The notes: generated from the sequence alone by a model not told the origin. Numbered from the stretch's first letter, positions 24,245-33,106 are shown. The stretch: 33,709 nt of DNA from an uncultured Candidatus Saccharibacteria bacterium (GCA_964350005.1 CAYGIK010000003.1:1-33709), one strand, 5' to 3'. A program made the numbers and translations.

Positions 24245-25118
24245 CGCCAAAATGAATCTTAACTATTTTATCGTCCACCAGCACTAATGGGTTCTGCCCA
24301 AGCTTCTTCACATTCCTATCAATAATACCCAATTGCTTCTGTTTTAGCTTGGCTTCTATATTATTTCCCCATTTCCCACCAAGTATTTTTTCAATCAAAA
24401 TCGTAAAACGAAATGGCCCGCCTTTCGCTTCCAATTCAGGACGATATTGAGGTGAACGATATGCTACGGGTAAAGTTATCTTCAACCACGAGTTTGCCTG
24501 CCAAAATTTTCTAAAAAATTCTGTCCGATAAATCGGAATAAAGTCAGCTGTCCAGTATGCCAACAAATAATCGTTGGGAATTCCGACTTGAGACAAATCC
24601 ATCCCGTCCTCGCTCAAAAACAAATCGGGCGAAATTTTTAAATACTTCCGTTTGCCCGCCCTCCATCCAAGCAGTCTTAAACACCATAAAGTTATCGCTC
24701 TTACCGTCCATATCCGACCCTGTCTTGCCACGATAAAACAGTCTATATCGGAACCTTTTCCAACATTGTCGTGAGCCAAACTATTCATCACCCCGACTAA
24801 TTTAACAAACGGAATCCACCTAAATAAATTCACCCGCCGTCTCGCCACCCGCCAAAACTTTTTTGCCAAATCAGTATTCCCACTCTGACGGCTTCGCGGA
24901 TCACCCCAATAATAAGTTCCTTCAACACTGGGCAAATCCAATTCTTGCAGAGCTTCTTTTATCTCTTCAAATGACCAATCCCTCTGCCAACCGTAGCGCC
25001 GAAGTTGAGCCACTGTCAGAGTTCTCCCGCGAGCTGAATAATCAGCCCCGAAAAAAACCAAAGGTATCAGTCTCTGCCTAATACAACCCCCCGTCAGTTT
25101 TTTGCCCATTACTTTCAT
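24186..25118 (-). CDS. hypothetical protein with a Pol-beta-type nucleotidyltransferase-like motif
   Basis: VGVMNSLAHDNVGKGSDIDCFIV fits the hG[GS]-x(n)-D.D minimal NTase motif. The rest is not recognised. Its 3' end overlaps the ligase-like gene by 59 nt. Confidence 0.45.
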   Translation of the reverse strand: MKVMGKKLTGGCIRQRLIPLVFFGADYSARGRTLTVAQLRRYGWQRDWSFEEIKEALQELDLPSVEGTYYWGDPRSRQSGNTDLAKKFWRVARRRVNLFRWIPFVKLVGVMNSLAHDNVGKGSDIDCFIVARQGRIWTVRAITLWCLRLLGWRAGKRKYLKISPDLFLSEDGMDLSQVGIPNDYLLAYWTADFIPIYRTEFFRKFWQANSWLKITLPVAYRSPQYRPELEAKGGPFRFTILIEKILGGKWGNNIEAKLKQKQLGIIDRNVKKLGQNPLVLVDDKIVKIHFGDDKRYHLKAVVEEFLAEEV

Positions 25119-25149
25119 GTTATCTTGAAGATACTAACTATCACAATCT

Positions 25150-26139
25150 ATGACCAAGAAACGCGCCTTTTCAGGCATTCAACCCAGCGGGATAATCCAC
25201 ATCGGAAATTATCTCGGAGCAATCCTGCCTTGGGTAGAAATTCAGACCAAATACGAAAGTATTTTTTGCGTGGTTGATCTCCACGCCATTACCGTTCCTC
25301 AAAATCCTAAAGAGTTAACCGAAAGCACTTATCTAACTACTGCAATTTATCTGGCTTGTGGGATTGACCCGAAGAAATCTATCATCTTTATCCAGTCACA
25401 AATCCCCGCTCACAGCGAACTGACTTGGCTCCTCAACACCGTTGCCCACATGGGCGAACTTTCCCGTATGACTCAATTCAAGGACAAGTCTCAAAAGGGC
25501 AACGCTGAAAATACTTCCGTCGGGTTGTTTGATTACCCTGTGTTAATGGCTTCGGATATTCTATTGTATCAAGCCGGAGTCGTTCCTGTCGGCGAAGACC
25601 AAAAACAGCATGTTGAACTCGCCCGCAACTTAGCAGAGAGATTCAACAATCGCTTTGGAAAAACTTTTGTCATCCCTGAACCTGTCATTGGTAAAACTGG
25701 TGCCCGTGTTATGGCGCTGGATAATCCAGAGAGAAAAATGAGCAAGAGCGACCCTGCAGGAAGTTATGTTGCTCTGACCGACAGCCCCGAAATAATCCGA
25801 AAAAAGATTATGCGAGCCGTCACCGATTCTGGCGCTACTATCAAGTTCGATACCAAACGAAAAGGATTATTCAATCTTCTGACTATCTACCAAATGCTTT
25901 CGGGTAAAACCGAATCCCAAATCGAAAAACATTTCGCCAGCAAAGGTTATGGTGATTTCAAAAAAGAGTTGGCTGAACTGGTCGTCACCTCTCTTACACC
26001 TATCCAGAAAAAAATCGACTACTATATGAAGAACCGCCGACTACTCGACCGAATTCTAAAAACGGGCGCTATCAAAGCTTCCCGTATCGCCAACCCCACC
26101 CTCGCCGAAGTCAAACAGAAAATCGGCCTCATCAGCTAA
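25150..26139 (+). CDS. trpS: tryptophan--tRNA ligase
   Basis: SGIQPSGIIHIGNYLGA (HIGH region), GEDQKQHVEL and KMSKS. Confidence 0.93.
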   Translation: MTKKRAFSGIQPSGIIHIGNYLGAILPWVEIQTKYESIFCVVDLHAITVPQNPKELTESTYLTTAIYLACGIDPKKSIIFIQSQIPAHSELTWLLNTVAHMGELSRMTQFKDKSQKGNAENTSVGLFDYPVLMASDILLYQAGVVPVGEDQKQHVELARNLAERFNNRFGKTFVIPEPVIGKTGARVMALDNPERKMSKSDPAGSYVALTDSPEIIRKKIMRAVTDSGATIKFDTKRKGLFNLLTIYQMLSGKTESQIEKHFASKGYGDFKKELAELVVTSLTPIQKKIDYYMKNRRLLDRILKTGAIKASRIANPTLAEVKQKIGLIS

Positions 26140-26906
26140 TCTATTTTTCTGACTCCCTCAAATTCGAAGTTGTATTCCACCAACTGTTCGCCTTCCCGTT
26201 GGCGTAATTTATCGTGGTGACGCCTTTCCTCCAAACACCACTTTATAAACTCGCCCGCATTTTGCTCCCTTAGAGCTAAAACTATATGTTCGGTGCAGTT
26301 GCGAAGTTCTTTTAGAATACTAATTGTTTCCTTGTCTCCAGCCACGACCTTATCCACCACCTCCTCATTTTTCAATCCGCTGTGAGCATACGCTTTGGAA
26401 TAGAACGGGATTGCTTTTTTAATTTTATCCAAAAAATCTTGATTGAAATCGGTCAGAGTTTCCACGCTGTAAACACCAGCTCGATTCGTAATGATATTAA
26501 AACCTCCTCTGCTCGCTACAATTTGGTCTTGATATCCGCCTACCACCCCCAGCATCTTGTTTTCTGTTTCGTAAGAGATTAATTCTGCTATTTCCTTATC
26601 TCCTGTCACCGCAAATCCTAGTGCCACTCCCAAAGCGGCGCTTTGAGCAAATCCCCTATACCCAAAAACATCTTCACTAACCGTGATAGTTTTGTTTTTG
26701 AGATTGTAAATGTTAGCGAGAAGCCGAGGAAGTTCCTCTTTTTTTGCGTTGATTTTCAACCCCTCGCCGTCCTCAATTTCAACCGTAACAAATTTATCAA
26801 TCGCAGCATTTACGGTATAGCCTCCGATAATTGCGTTTATCGGAAATACATCTAAAAGCCCTCCTCCAAAACAGACTCTCATCGGCGCTTTCGCTCGAAT
26901 AGTCAT
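26136..26906 (-). CDS. GHMP-kinase-like protein (HddA/fucokinase-like N-terminal region), divergent and short
   Basis: APMRVCFGGGLLDV (motif I-like) and GGYQDQIVASRGGFN. The canonical motif II (GSGLGSS) is replaced by GFAQSAALG, and no motif III glycine run is present. AGGGAGG SD upstream. Confidence 0.5.
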   Translation of the reverse strand: MTIRAKAPMRVCFGGGLLDVFPINAIIGGYTVNAAIDKFVTVEIEDGEGLKINAKKEELPRLLANIYNLKNKTITVSEDVFGYRGFAQSAALGVALGFAVTGDKEIAELISYETENKMLGVVGGYQDQIVASRGGFNIITNRAGVYSVETLTDFNQDFLDKIKKAIPFYSKAYAHSGLKNEEVVDKVVAGDKETISILKELRNCTEHIVLALREQNAGEFIKWCLEERRHHDKLRQREGEQLVEYNFEFEGVRKID

Positions 26907-26945
26907 AATCCTCCCTTAAAAAACCTACTCCCCGCATTATAGCAA

Positions 26946-27605
26946 CTAACCGCGTGCTACTACGACTCCCCAGATTTGCCGTGCCCCCGCATCCTTCAAT
27001 GCCTGCGATGCCGCCTCCAGCGTCGCCCCCGTTGTCATTACATCATCCACCAATAAAATCTTCTTCCCCCGCAGGTCACCCCTCGCTAAAAAAGCCTTAT
27101 ATACATTCGCTTGGCGATGCGGACGAGTCAATTTGGTTTGGGTTTCCGTTGCCCTTACTCGCCGAAGCCACCTTGTTTGATACGGCAACTTCAAATACTT
27201 CGCCAGCCGAAACGCTAACAAATCTGCCTGATTAAATCCCCGACTAGAGAGCTTGCTTGAATGTAGTGGCACAGATACCACTACCCAGCCTTTCCATTCT
27301 TTGCTTTTGGTCCCCTGAAATAAAATCCAACTCAAAATTCCCGCCAAGTCGGTCAGCCCTTCATACTTCAATTTATGCACCAGCTCCCGTACTGGCCCGC
27401 TTTCATAATGTGTTGCCATCAACACACCGTTTAACTCTGTAAGTCTTTGGCACCTCTCACAAGTTTTGCCTTGCTCACTCAATTTATTGCATCCATAACA
27501 AACCTGTTCTTTCACCAGAAAAATCTGCTCAGCGCATACCGAACATAACCACCCACCGGATATCCCGCATTGTACGCAAAAGGCCGGCGCGATTGCATCC
27601 TTCAT
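26946..27605 (-). CDS. comF: ComF-family phosphoribosyltransferase-like competence protein
   Basis: N-terminal Cys pairs (CVQCG...CSVC, CYGC...CERC) and the PRT motif ILLVDDVMTTGATL. I prefer the ATG at 27605 (GGAG 5 nt upstream, no overlap) over the GTG at 27641. Confidence 0.85.
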   Translation of the reverse strand: MKDAIAPAFCVQCGISGGWLCSVCAEQIFLVKEQVCYGCNKLSEQGKTCERCQRLTELNGVLMATHYESGPVRELVHKLKYEGLTDLAGILSWILFQGTKSKEWKGWVVVSVPLHSSKLSSRGFNQADLLAFRLAKYLKLPYQTRWLRRVRATETQTKLTRPHRQANVYKAFLARGDLRGKKILLVDDVMTTGATLEAASQALKDAGARQIWGVVVARG

Positions 27606-27618
27606 AAATGCTCCGATT

Positions 27619-29931
27619 TTATCGAGAGCCGATAGTAACACCTGTGTAATAATAAGTCAGAATTTCCTGATAATTTTTACCCTGCAAAGCCATATTTTTT
27701 GCGCCCCACTGCGCCATTCCCACACCATGTCCCCAACCCTGTCCTGTAAAAACAAAACTGGGATAAGCTGGGTCACCCGTTAATTGAACGCTAAACTTCA
27801 TACTCTTTATTTCATTGTTGTCAGTCAGATAATCAAAAGTCTTGGACGACATAGGTACAACTTTACCACTTTGCATAGTAAATGTTATCGTTTTTAGTCT
27901 GCCCGACGGATTCCGCTCCGTCACCGCAATACCTGTAATCACATCCGTATTTGGCACAACCTTCAGCGCTTCATCAAAACGATTCTGTAAATAATCTTGG
28001 GATAATGTCGCCGTCCATTCAATCGGTTTAGCGTATGGGTCTGGCACTGCTCTCAAATATGGAATCACTCTTGTCCAAACATTTTCTACATTTTCGGTAT
28101 AACCGCCACTATCCGAAAAGTAGTAAGCCGAAATTGGCACACCATTATGTCTAATAATCACCCCCCGAGTCGATTCCGCCGCCGCAACCAGTCCTGGTCG
28201 ACTAGATTCATAATTGTAGCCAAAATAAACTTGATCTCGAGTGTCATCGTAAATATCAAAAATATCAGCTATCGGAGCTGTTAATTTTGTCACAGCATAT
28301 GTCCGCGCCGCTACCATTTGCGCCCTTTGCGCTTCTGCCGGCCAACCTTCCGGTACCTCAGCAATACCCTTCATATAATCTTCCAACTCTAATATATTTA
28401 CCACCCAAACATTGCTCGACATACTGGATCGGCGCACTTCAATAATCCCGCGAAATGTGTCATACGACGAACCAATCCCGCTGGTACGCACTGTTAACAA
28501 TGCATTGTTCTGCGGAATAAATCTCAAATAATCGTTTATCTGTTCACCAGTATTTAGACTGCACCCTCCGTTAAATGCAGTTACTGTCACACTTCCACCC
28601 TGCACCTTTTTCACCAAACTTTTATCCGATCCTTTCCGAATTACAAAACCGCTTCCCCGAATCGTAATTGTATCAGTCGTGGAAGTAATGCCAACTCGAA
28701 TTGGATCTTTTAAAATCAACTCTTCGTCCACCGAAATATCCCAACGCAACCCTGTATCAGTCAGCCATATAATCCCTTCTACCACCGGACGAAAATATTC
28801 CTGATATTTACCTATTTTATTAGGCGCTTTAATAACAAATTCAAACCGACCCGTTTCTCCAGGTTGAACCTTTGCCGGTGCTACGGCGACCACCCGATTT
28901 TTACTCAACCACGAAATATCTTGAAATAGGCTAACGCGATCCAAACTCCTTGCTGTCCCCAATTTCACCGCATTTAACCCCTCTCCCGACCAAACTGTAT
29001 TGCCTGTATTCTTAAACTCCGCCCACAAAGTAACCGTATCCCCCGGTGGCAAAGACATAGAGACAGTTGATTGATTCACCAATTCAGCCGACCATATCGC
29101 CGGTACTACTTTCACCGTTAGCCAAAACCTCACCGGTATCCATGCCGTTCCTTCCGCTACCAAACTAAATTCTTCCTTAAAAGTACCTGTTTTGTTGGGA
29201 GCCTGAATCGTAAAAGCAAATTCACCTTCGCCTTGAGGCTCTATTACCGTACTCGCCGACACCACTCGGTTTTTACTCAACCAACTTGAGTGATATAAAC
29301 TACTCGCCCTATCAAACGGTTTACTGGTCGCAATCTTCACTGCCCCCGCTCCATTGTTCGCCCATGCCACATCACCCATATTCCGAACTTTTATTGTGAT
29401 ATTGGCAGTTTCCTGTGTTTTCAGTTCAAAATTAGTTGCCGACTGAGTCACCAGTTCTCCCTTAAAAATTGCCGGTTGGATATTAATAATTAGAGGAATT
29501 GACAAATTAAACCAACTCACCCGCTCCATCACCAAGTTAAAATAATCCGTCGATTTACCACTCCCCGTTGCTGTCGCCAAGAAACTAAAGTGTGCCGTTT
29601 CTCCAGTCGCGACTGTCGCTTCCTGCATTGTTGCCGGCCGATTATCCCCAATCCAACCCAAACTTACAAACCGACTTTTGTGGTCCGTTGGCTTTATAGT
29701 CCCAAGATTCACCGCATTGTTCCCACTATTAGTCCAAGTGGTACTACCAACATTTTTAATTGTCACTATAAACTCAGCAGTCGTGCCCGCCTTGGCAGTA
29801 ATTGGAGAATTAGTCGAAACCAGCTCGGCTTTTAACCCGGTTGCTTGCGCAACCGCCAAACTAGGCGAGGTGATTATCCACCATGCCATCATTACAAACA
29901 TCCCCAGACTGATAATTATAAGTTTTTTCAT
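27619..29931 (-). CDS. SpoIID/LytB-domain protein with three N-terminal NBR1-like Ig repeats
   Basis: Signal peptide, then three ~125-aa repeats (each with N.G...W, W(L/I)..NR, GE...F.F...AP). The C-terminal SpoIID domain has AQMVAARTYA, YYFSDSGGYTENVENVW and GHGVGMAQWGA. Confidence 0.85.
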   Translation of the reverse strand: MKKLIIISLGMFVMMAWWIITSPSLAVAQATGLKAELVSTNSPITAKAGTTAEFIVTIKNVGSTTWTNSGNNAVNLGTIKPTDHKSRFVSLGWIGDNRPATMQEATVATGETAHFSFLATATGSGKSTDYFNLVMERVSWFNLSIPLIINIQPAIFKGELVTQSATNFELKTQETANITIKVRNMGDVAWANNGAGAVKIATSKPFDRASSLYHSSWLSKNRVVSASTVIEPQGEGEFAFTIQAPNKTGTFKEEFSLVAEGTAWIPVRFWLTVKVVPAIWSAELVNQSTVSMSLPPGDTVTLWAEFKNTGNTVWSGEGLNAVKLGTARSLDRVSLFQDISWLSKNRVVAVAPAKVQPGETGRFEFVIKAPNKIGKYQEYFRPVVEGIIWLTDTGLRWDISVDEELILKDPIRVGITSTTDTITIRGSGFVIRKGSDKSLVKKVQGGSVTVTAFNGGCSLNTGEQINDYLRFIPQNNALLTVRTSGIGSSYDTFRGIIEVRRSSMSSNVWVVNILELEDYMKGIAEVPEGWPAEAQRAQMVAARTYAVTKLTAPIADIFDIYDDTRDQVYFGYNYESSRPGLVAAAESTRGVIIRHNGVPISAYYFSDSGGYTENVENVWTRVIPYLRAVPDPYAKPIEWTATLSQDYLQNRFDEALKVVPNTDVITGIAVTERNPSGRLKTITFTMQSGKVVPMSSKTFDYLTDNNEIKSMKFSVQLTGDPAYPSFVFTGQGWGHGVGMAQWGAKNMALQGKNYQEILTYYYTGVTIGSR

Positions 29932-30016
29932 AAACTAGCGTTCTTTATTATACCTCATTCGTTTCACCCTCCTCTTGCTGGGCTCACTCTGATATCCGAT
30001 ACTAGTTATAGATATG

Positions 30017-30057
30017 CCCCGTAGAGAAATTTAGAACTGTTCTGCTAAGATATATCT
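30017..30057 (-). promoter_or_regulatory. inverted, slightly diverged copy of the shared motif facing the SpoIID gene
   Basis: CCCCGTAGAGAAATTTAGAA (18 of 20 nt match the reverse complement of 30141-30160), then an 11-nt insert, then AAGATATATCT. Confidence 0.55.
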
Positions 30058-30130
30058 GCTAGTCAATAACTCTACAAAGAACAATCCTCACTTCCACCCC
30101 TTTTAGTTACAATGAACTACGCAAACAGTT

Positions 30131-30160
30131 AAGATATATCTTCTAAATTCTTCTACGGGG
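30131..30160 (+). promoter_or_regulatory. AAGATATATCTT palindrome plus CTAAATTCTTCTACGGGG motif abutting the hsp20 ATG
   Basis: Ends 1 nt before the ATG at 30162. A possible TTACAA - 17 nt - TAAGAT promoter overlaps the palindrome. Confidence 0.55.
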
Positions 30161-30161
30161 T

Positions 30162-30566
30162 ATGTTACGCGATACCTTTTTCACCAGATCAGACCCCAAA
30201 ACAACAGACCAGTCATCTCCCGCTGATGCGACCGAGCTGGAGTTACCTGTTGATATCCTACGAGTTGGTGACAAGTTAATAGTAAGAACTCCTATCGTAG
30301 GAGTAGATATCAATCGAGTTAGTGTATCCTTGGGACAGAATCAGCTAACTATCCATAAGGCTGCTGTTCCGCCAACTGATATTGATGAACCCGACAGAGC
30401 TTATACCGAAGAGTGCTACTGGGGAGAGTTGTCCCGCTCGATAGACTTACCTGTGTCGGTGAACCCCGATGCTACCCGCGCATCTCTCCATGAAGGAATC
30501 CTAACTATTGTTATGCCGATTTTAAACCCCCGACAATCTAAAATAATCCGTATCAAAAAACCATGA
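30162..30566 (+). CDS. Hsp20/alpha-crystallin family small heat-shock protein
   Basis: Alpha-crystallin domain pattern (PVDILRVGDKLIVRTPIVGV...VSVSL..NQLTI......GELSRSIDLP..V.....ASLHEGILTIVMP). Confidence 0.85.
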   Translation: MLRDTFFTRSDPKTTDQSSPADATELELPVDILRVGDKLIVRTPIVGVDINRVSVSLGQNQLTIHKAAVPPTDIDEPDRAYTEECYWGELSRSIDLPVSVNPDATRASLHEGILTIVMPILNPRQSKIIRIKKP

Positions 30567-31438
30567 CCCCTAAACCAACCAAACTACCAAAAGTCCGCAA
30601 AGCCGTCATCGCGATTGCCGGTTTTGGCACTCGGTTTTTACCAACCACCAAAGCCAGTCCAAAAGAAATGCTTCCTATTATTGATAAGCCAATCGTCCAG
30701 TACATCGCCGAAGAATTGTCTGCTGCCGGCATTAAAAATATCATTTTAATTACTAACTGGCAAAAGAAGTCTGTTGAAGACCATTTCGACCCATCATTTG
30801 AATTGGAGCATATGCTTCTTGCCCAAGGCAAAAAAGAGTTAGTTGTCAAAATGAAAAAGATTAGTCAGTTAGCAAACTTCAGCTATATGCGTCAAATCGA
30901 AGGTTACGGCAACGCTCTCCCCGCCATCACTGCCAAGGAACTCATCGGCAATGAACCATTTATATATGCGTTTGGTGACGATTTGGTAAAATCCAAAGTC
31001 CCTTTTGCCAAACAACTGATTGACGCATATCGTCATTATGGCTGCAGTGTTATTGGTGTACAGGAAGTAGACAAGAAAGAAGTGTCAAAATATGGCATAG
31101 TTAAGTTGTCAGGGCGTACTGCCTTCCTCGAAGACATTGTTGAAAAACCATCACCCGACAAAGCGCCATCTCAACTTGCCTCGTTTGGCCGCTACCTTTT
31201 CACTCCCGAAATCTTTGACGCTTTAGCAAAAATCAAAAAAGGGAAAGGCGGAGAATACTGGATTGTTGATGGAATTAAAATTTTAGCTCACAAAGGACGC
31301 GTTGCCACCTGTAAGGTAAAAGGTGGCAAATGGCTAACCACAGGCGACCCTGCCACCTATCTCGATACTATGCTGGAATACGCCCTCGACCAACCCGAAC
31401 TTAAACAGATTATTCTTAATAAAGTGCGCCGAAGATGA
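30563..31438 (+). CDS. galU: UTP--glucose-1-phosphate uridylyltransferase
   Basis: KAVIAIAGFGTRFLPTTKASPKEMLPIIDKPIVQYIAEE signature and YGIV....VEKP. ATGA overlap with the hsp20 stop. Confidence 0.9.
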   Translation: MTPKPTKLPKVRKAVIAIAGFGTRFLPTTKASPKEMLPIIDKPIVQYIAEELSAAGIKNIILITNWQKKSVEDHFDPSFELEHMLLAQGKKELVVKMKKISQLANFSYMRQIEGYGNALPAITAKELIGNEPFIYAFGDDLVKSKVPFAKQLIDAYRHYGCSVIGVQEVDKKEVSKYGIVKLSGRTAFLEDIVEKPSPDKAPSQLASFGRYLFTPEIFDALAKIKKGKGGEYWIVDGIKILAHKGRVATCKVKGGKWLTTGDPATYLDTMLEYALDQPELKQIILNKVRRR

Positions 31439-32784
31439 AAAAAATATTTCGTTCCCTTTCTCTTCTTCTTTTGGGAGGCCTTCTTCTAACCGCCGCCCGT
31501 TGCAGTTCGCCCATCAACCCAGGTACTGATAAAGTTACTCCGACTCCAATTACCAAGGAGCCGATTACTTTAGAATACTGGCGGTTATGGGATGACAGCA
31601 ATACTTTTGACGAATACATTAAGGCCTATCAAGACGAACATCCCAATATTTCGATTGAGGTCAAAAAAATAGAGATTAGACCAAACTATGATACTTATAA
31701 CTACCAGCGTGATGTTATCAAAGCAATTGCCGACGGTGAAGGTCCAGATATGTTTATGATTCACAACACTTGGTTACCCTATCAAGTCAACCAAATTTCT
31801 CCGATGCCTAACGGAACAATGACCCTACGCCAATACAAAGATATCTTCCCCAAAGTCGTTCAGCAGGATTTTGTCAGTAACGACAAAATCTATGGAATAC
31901 CTTACGGTATTGATAATTTGATTCTCTATTACAATACTGATATTTTCAGTGAAAAGAAAATTAAAACCCCGCCCAAAACTTTACAGGAGCTAGTCGATCT
32001 TGTGCCAAAACTGACTGAAAAAGACAGTCGAGGTAGAATTATCCGCTCCGCTATTCCGCTAGGTGGAAGCGAAGGAATCCCCAGAGCTTCCGACATAGTC
32101 GCTACTCTTATGATGCAGTATGGAATTGATATGACCTCTGCCGACCACAAAACTGCTACCTTTAATCTTCCTGTCCCCGGCAGTCAACCACCCGTCTTAG
32201 GTGGTCAAGAAGCACTATCCTACTATACTCAATTCGCCAATCCTGCCTCATCTGTTTACACCTACACAGACGAAAAAGATGCTTCTGGCAATCGCCTCTT
32301 CCCTTCTGATGTACAAGCCTTTATGGAAGGAAAAACAGCGATGATGTTCAACTATTCCTACCAGATAAAAAACATCCGCAAATTTGCACCAAAACTAAAA
32401 TTCGAAACTACTGTCTTGCCTCAAAATCAACTTCAGAATCCCGTGACTATCGCTAATTATTGGGGCGAAACCGTATCCAAAAATAGCAAACACCCCAATG
32501 AAGCATGGGACTTTATTAACTACATGATAAAGAGAAGTAGCCAAAGCACATTTACTCGCACCACCGGTTATGTCTCCGCTCGTAAGGATTTACTGGACAC
32601 TATCTCCGGCCGTCGACACTATGGCGCAGTCGCTAGCCAAATCCCCTATTCTCAAACTTGGTACCGCAAAAATACTGCCGAAGTCGAAGCCATCTTTATC
32701 AAGATGATTAACAGCGTGGTCCGCAATAATCTTTCTCCCTCAATTGCCATCGACTCCGCAATTCGCGACATCAACCTACTATGA
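31435..32784 (+). CDS. extracellular solute-binding protein (ABC family-1, sugar-type), secreted or lipoprotein-like
   Basis: Signal peptide ending AARCSS. Family-1 SBP patterns (GEGPDMFMIHNTWLP, IPYGIDNLILYYN, GKTAMMFNYSY). ATGA overlap with galU. No permease or ATPase genes nearby in the window. Confidence 0.75.
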   Translation: MKKIFRSLSLLLLGGLLLTAARCSSPINPGTDKVTPTPITKEPITLEYWRLWDDSNTFDEYIKAYQDEHPNISIEVKKIEIRPNYDTYNYQRDVIKAIADGEGPDMFMIHNTWLPYQVNQISPMPNGTMTLRQYKDIFPKVVQQDFVSNDKIYGIPYGIDNLILYYNTDIFSEKKIKTPPKTLQELVDLVPKLTEKDSRGRIIRSAIPLGGSEGIPRASDIVATLMMQYGIDMTSADHKTATFNLPVPGSQPPVLGGQEALSYYTQFANPASSVYTYTDEKDASGNRLFPSDVQAFMEGKTAMMFNYSYQIKNIRKFAPKLKFETTVLPQNQLQNPVTIANYWGETVSKNSKHPNEAWDFINYMIKRSSQSTFTRTTGYVSARKDLLDTISGRRHYGAVASQIPYSQTWYRKNTAEVEAIFIKMINSVVRNNLSPSIAIDSAIRDINLL

Positions 32785-33029
32785 ATGAAATGGGTACAAG
32801 TCTTATTGGACAACTAATTGGTGGAATCGAAAAAGCCCTTAGCGGTATTCAAGGCATTATTCTAACCCTCGCTGGTTCGATTATCGTGTTAATGATAATC
32901 ATTGGCGGTTATCAATATATGATGGGAGAAAAAGAGGGTGGCAAAAAAACCATCACCGCTGCTATCGTGGGACTAATTATTATCATTCTCGCCAAAGCAA
33001 TAGTAGATTTAGTCAACCAACTTTTCTAA
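32781..33029 (+). CDS. TrbC/VirB2-like (T4SS-type) mini-pilin, two TM helices, no obvious signal peptide
   Basis: GGYQYMMGEKEGGKKTITAAIVGLIIIILAKAIV hairpin motif, shared with the next ORF. ATGA overlap with the SBP gene. Confidence 0.65.
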   Translation: MNEMGTSLIGQLIGGIEKALSGIQGIILTLAGSIIVLMIIIGGYQYMMGEKEGGKKTITAAIVGLIIIILAKAIVDLVNQLF

Positions 33030-33051
33030 TTCCAACTTTTTACAAAACCTT

Positions 33052-33060
33052 TGGTATAAT
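33052..33060 (+). promoter_or_regulatory. extended -10 promoter element TGGTATAAT for the second pilin gene
   Basis: TGGTATAAT at 33052-33060. AAGGAG SD at 33094-33099, 7 nt before the ATG at 33107. Confidence 0.5.
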
Positions 33061-33106
33061 AAAAAAGTATCATATTCACACACTAACATATTCAAGGAGT
33101 TATCTT

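Noticed and set aside
27606-27641. GTG-initiated comF start overlapping the SpoIID gene by 23 nt.
   Set aside because: The ATG at 27605 has a GGAG 5 nt upstream, removes the overlap and still precedes the first Cys pair. The longer form cannot be fully excluded.
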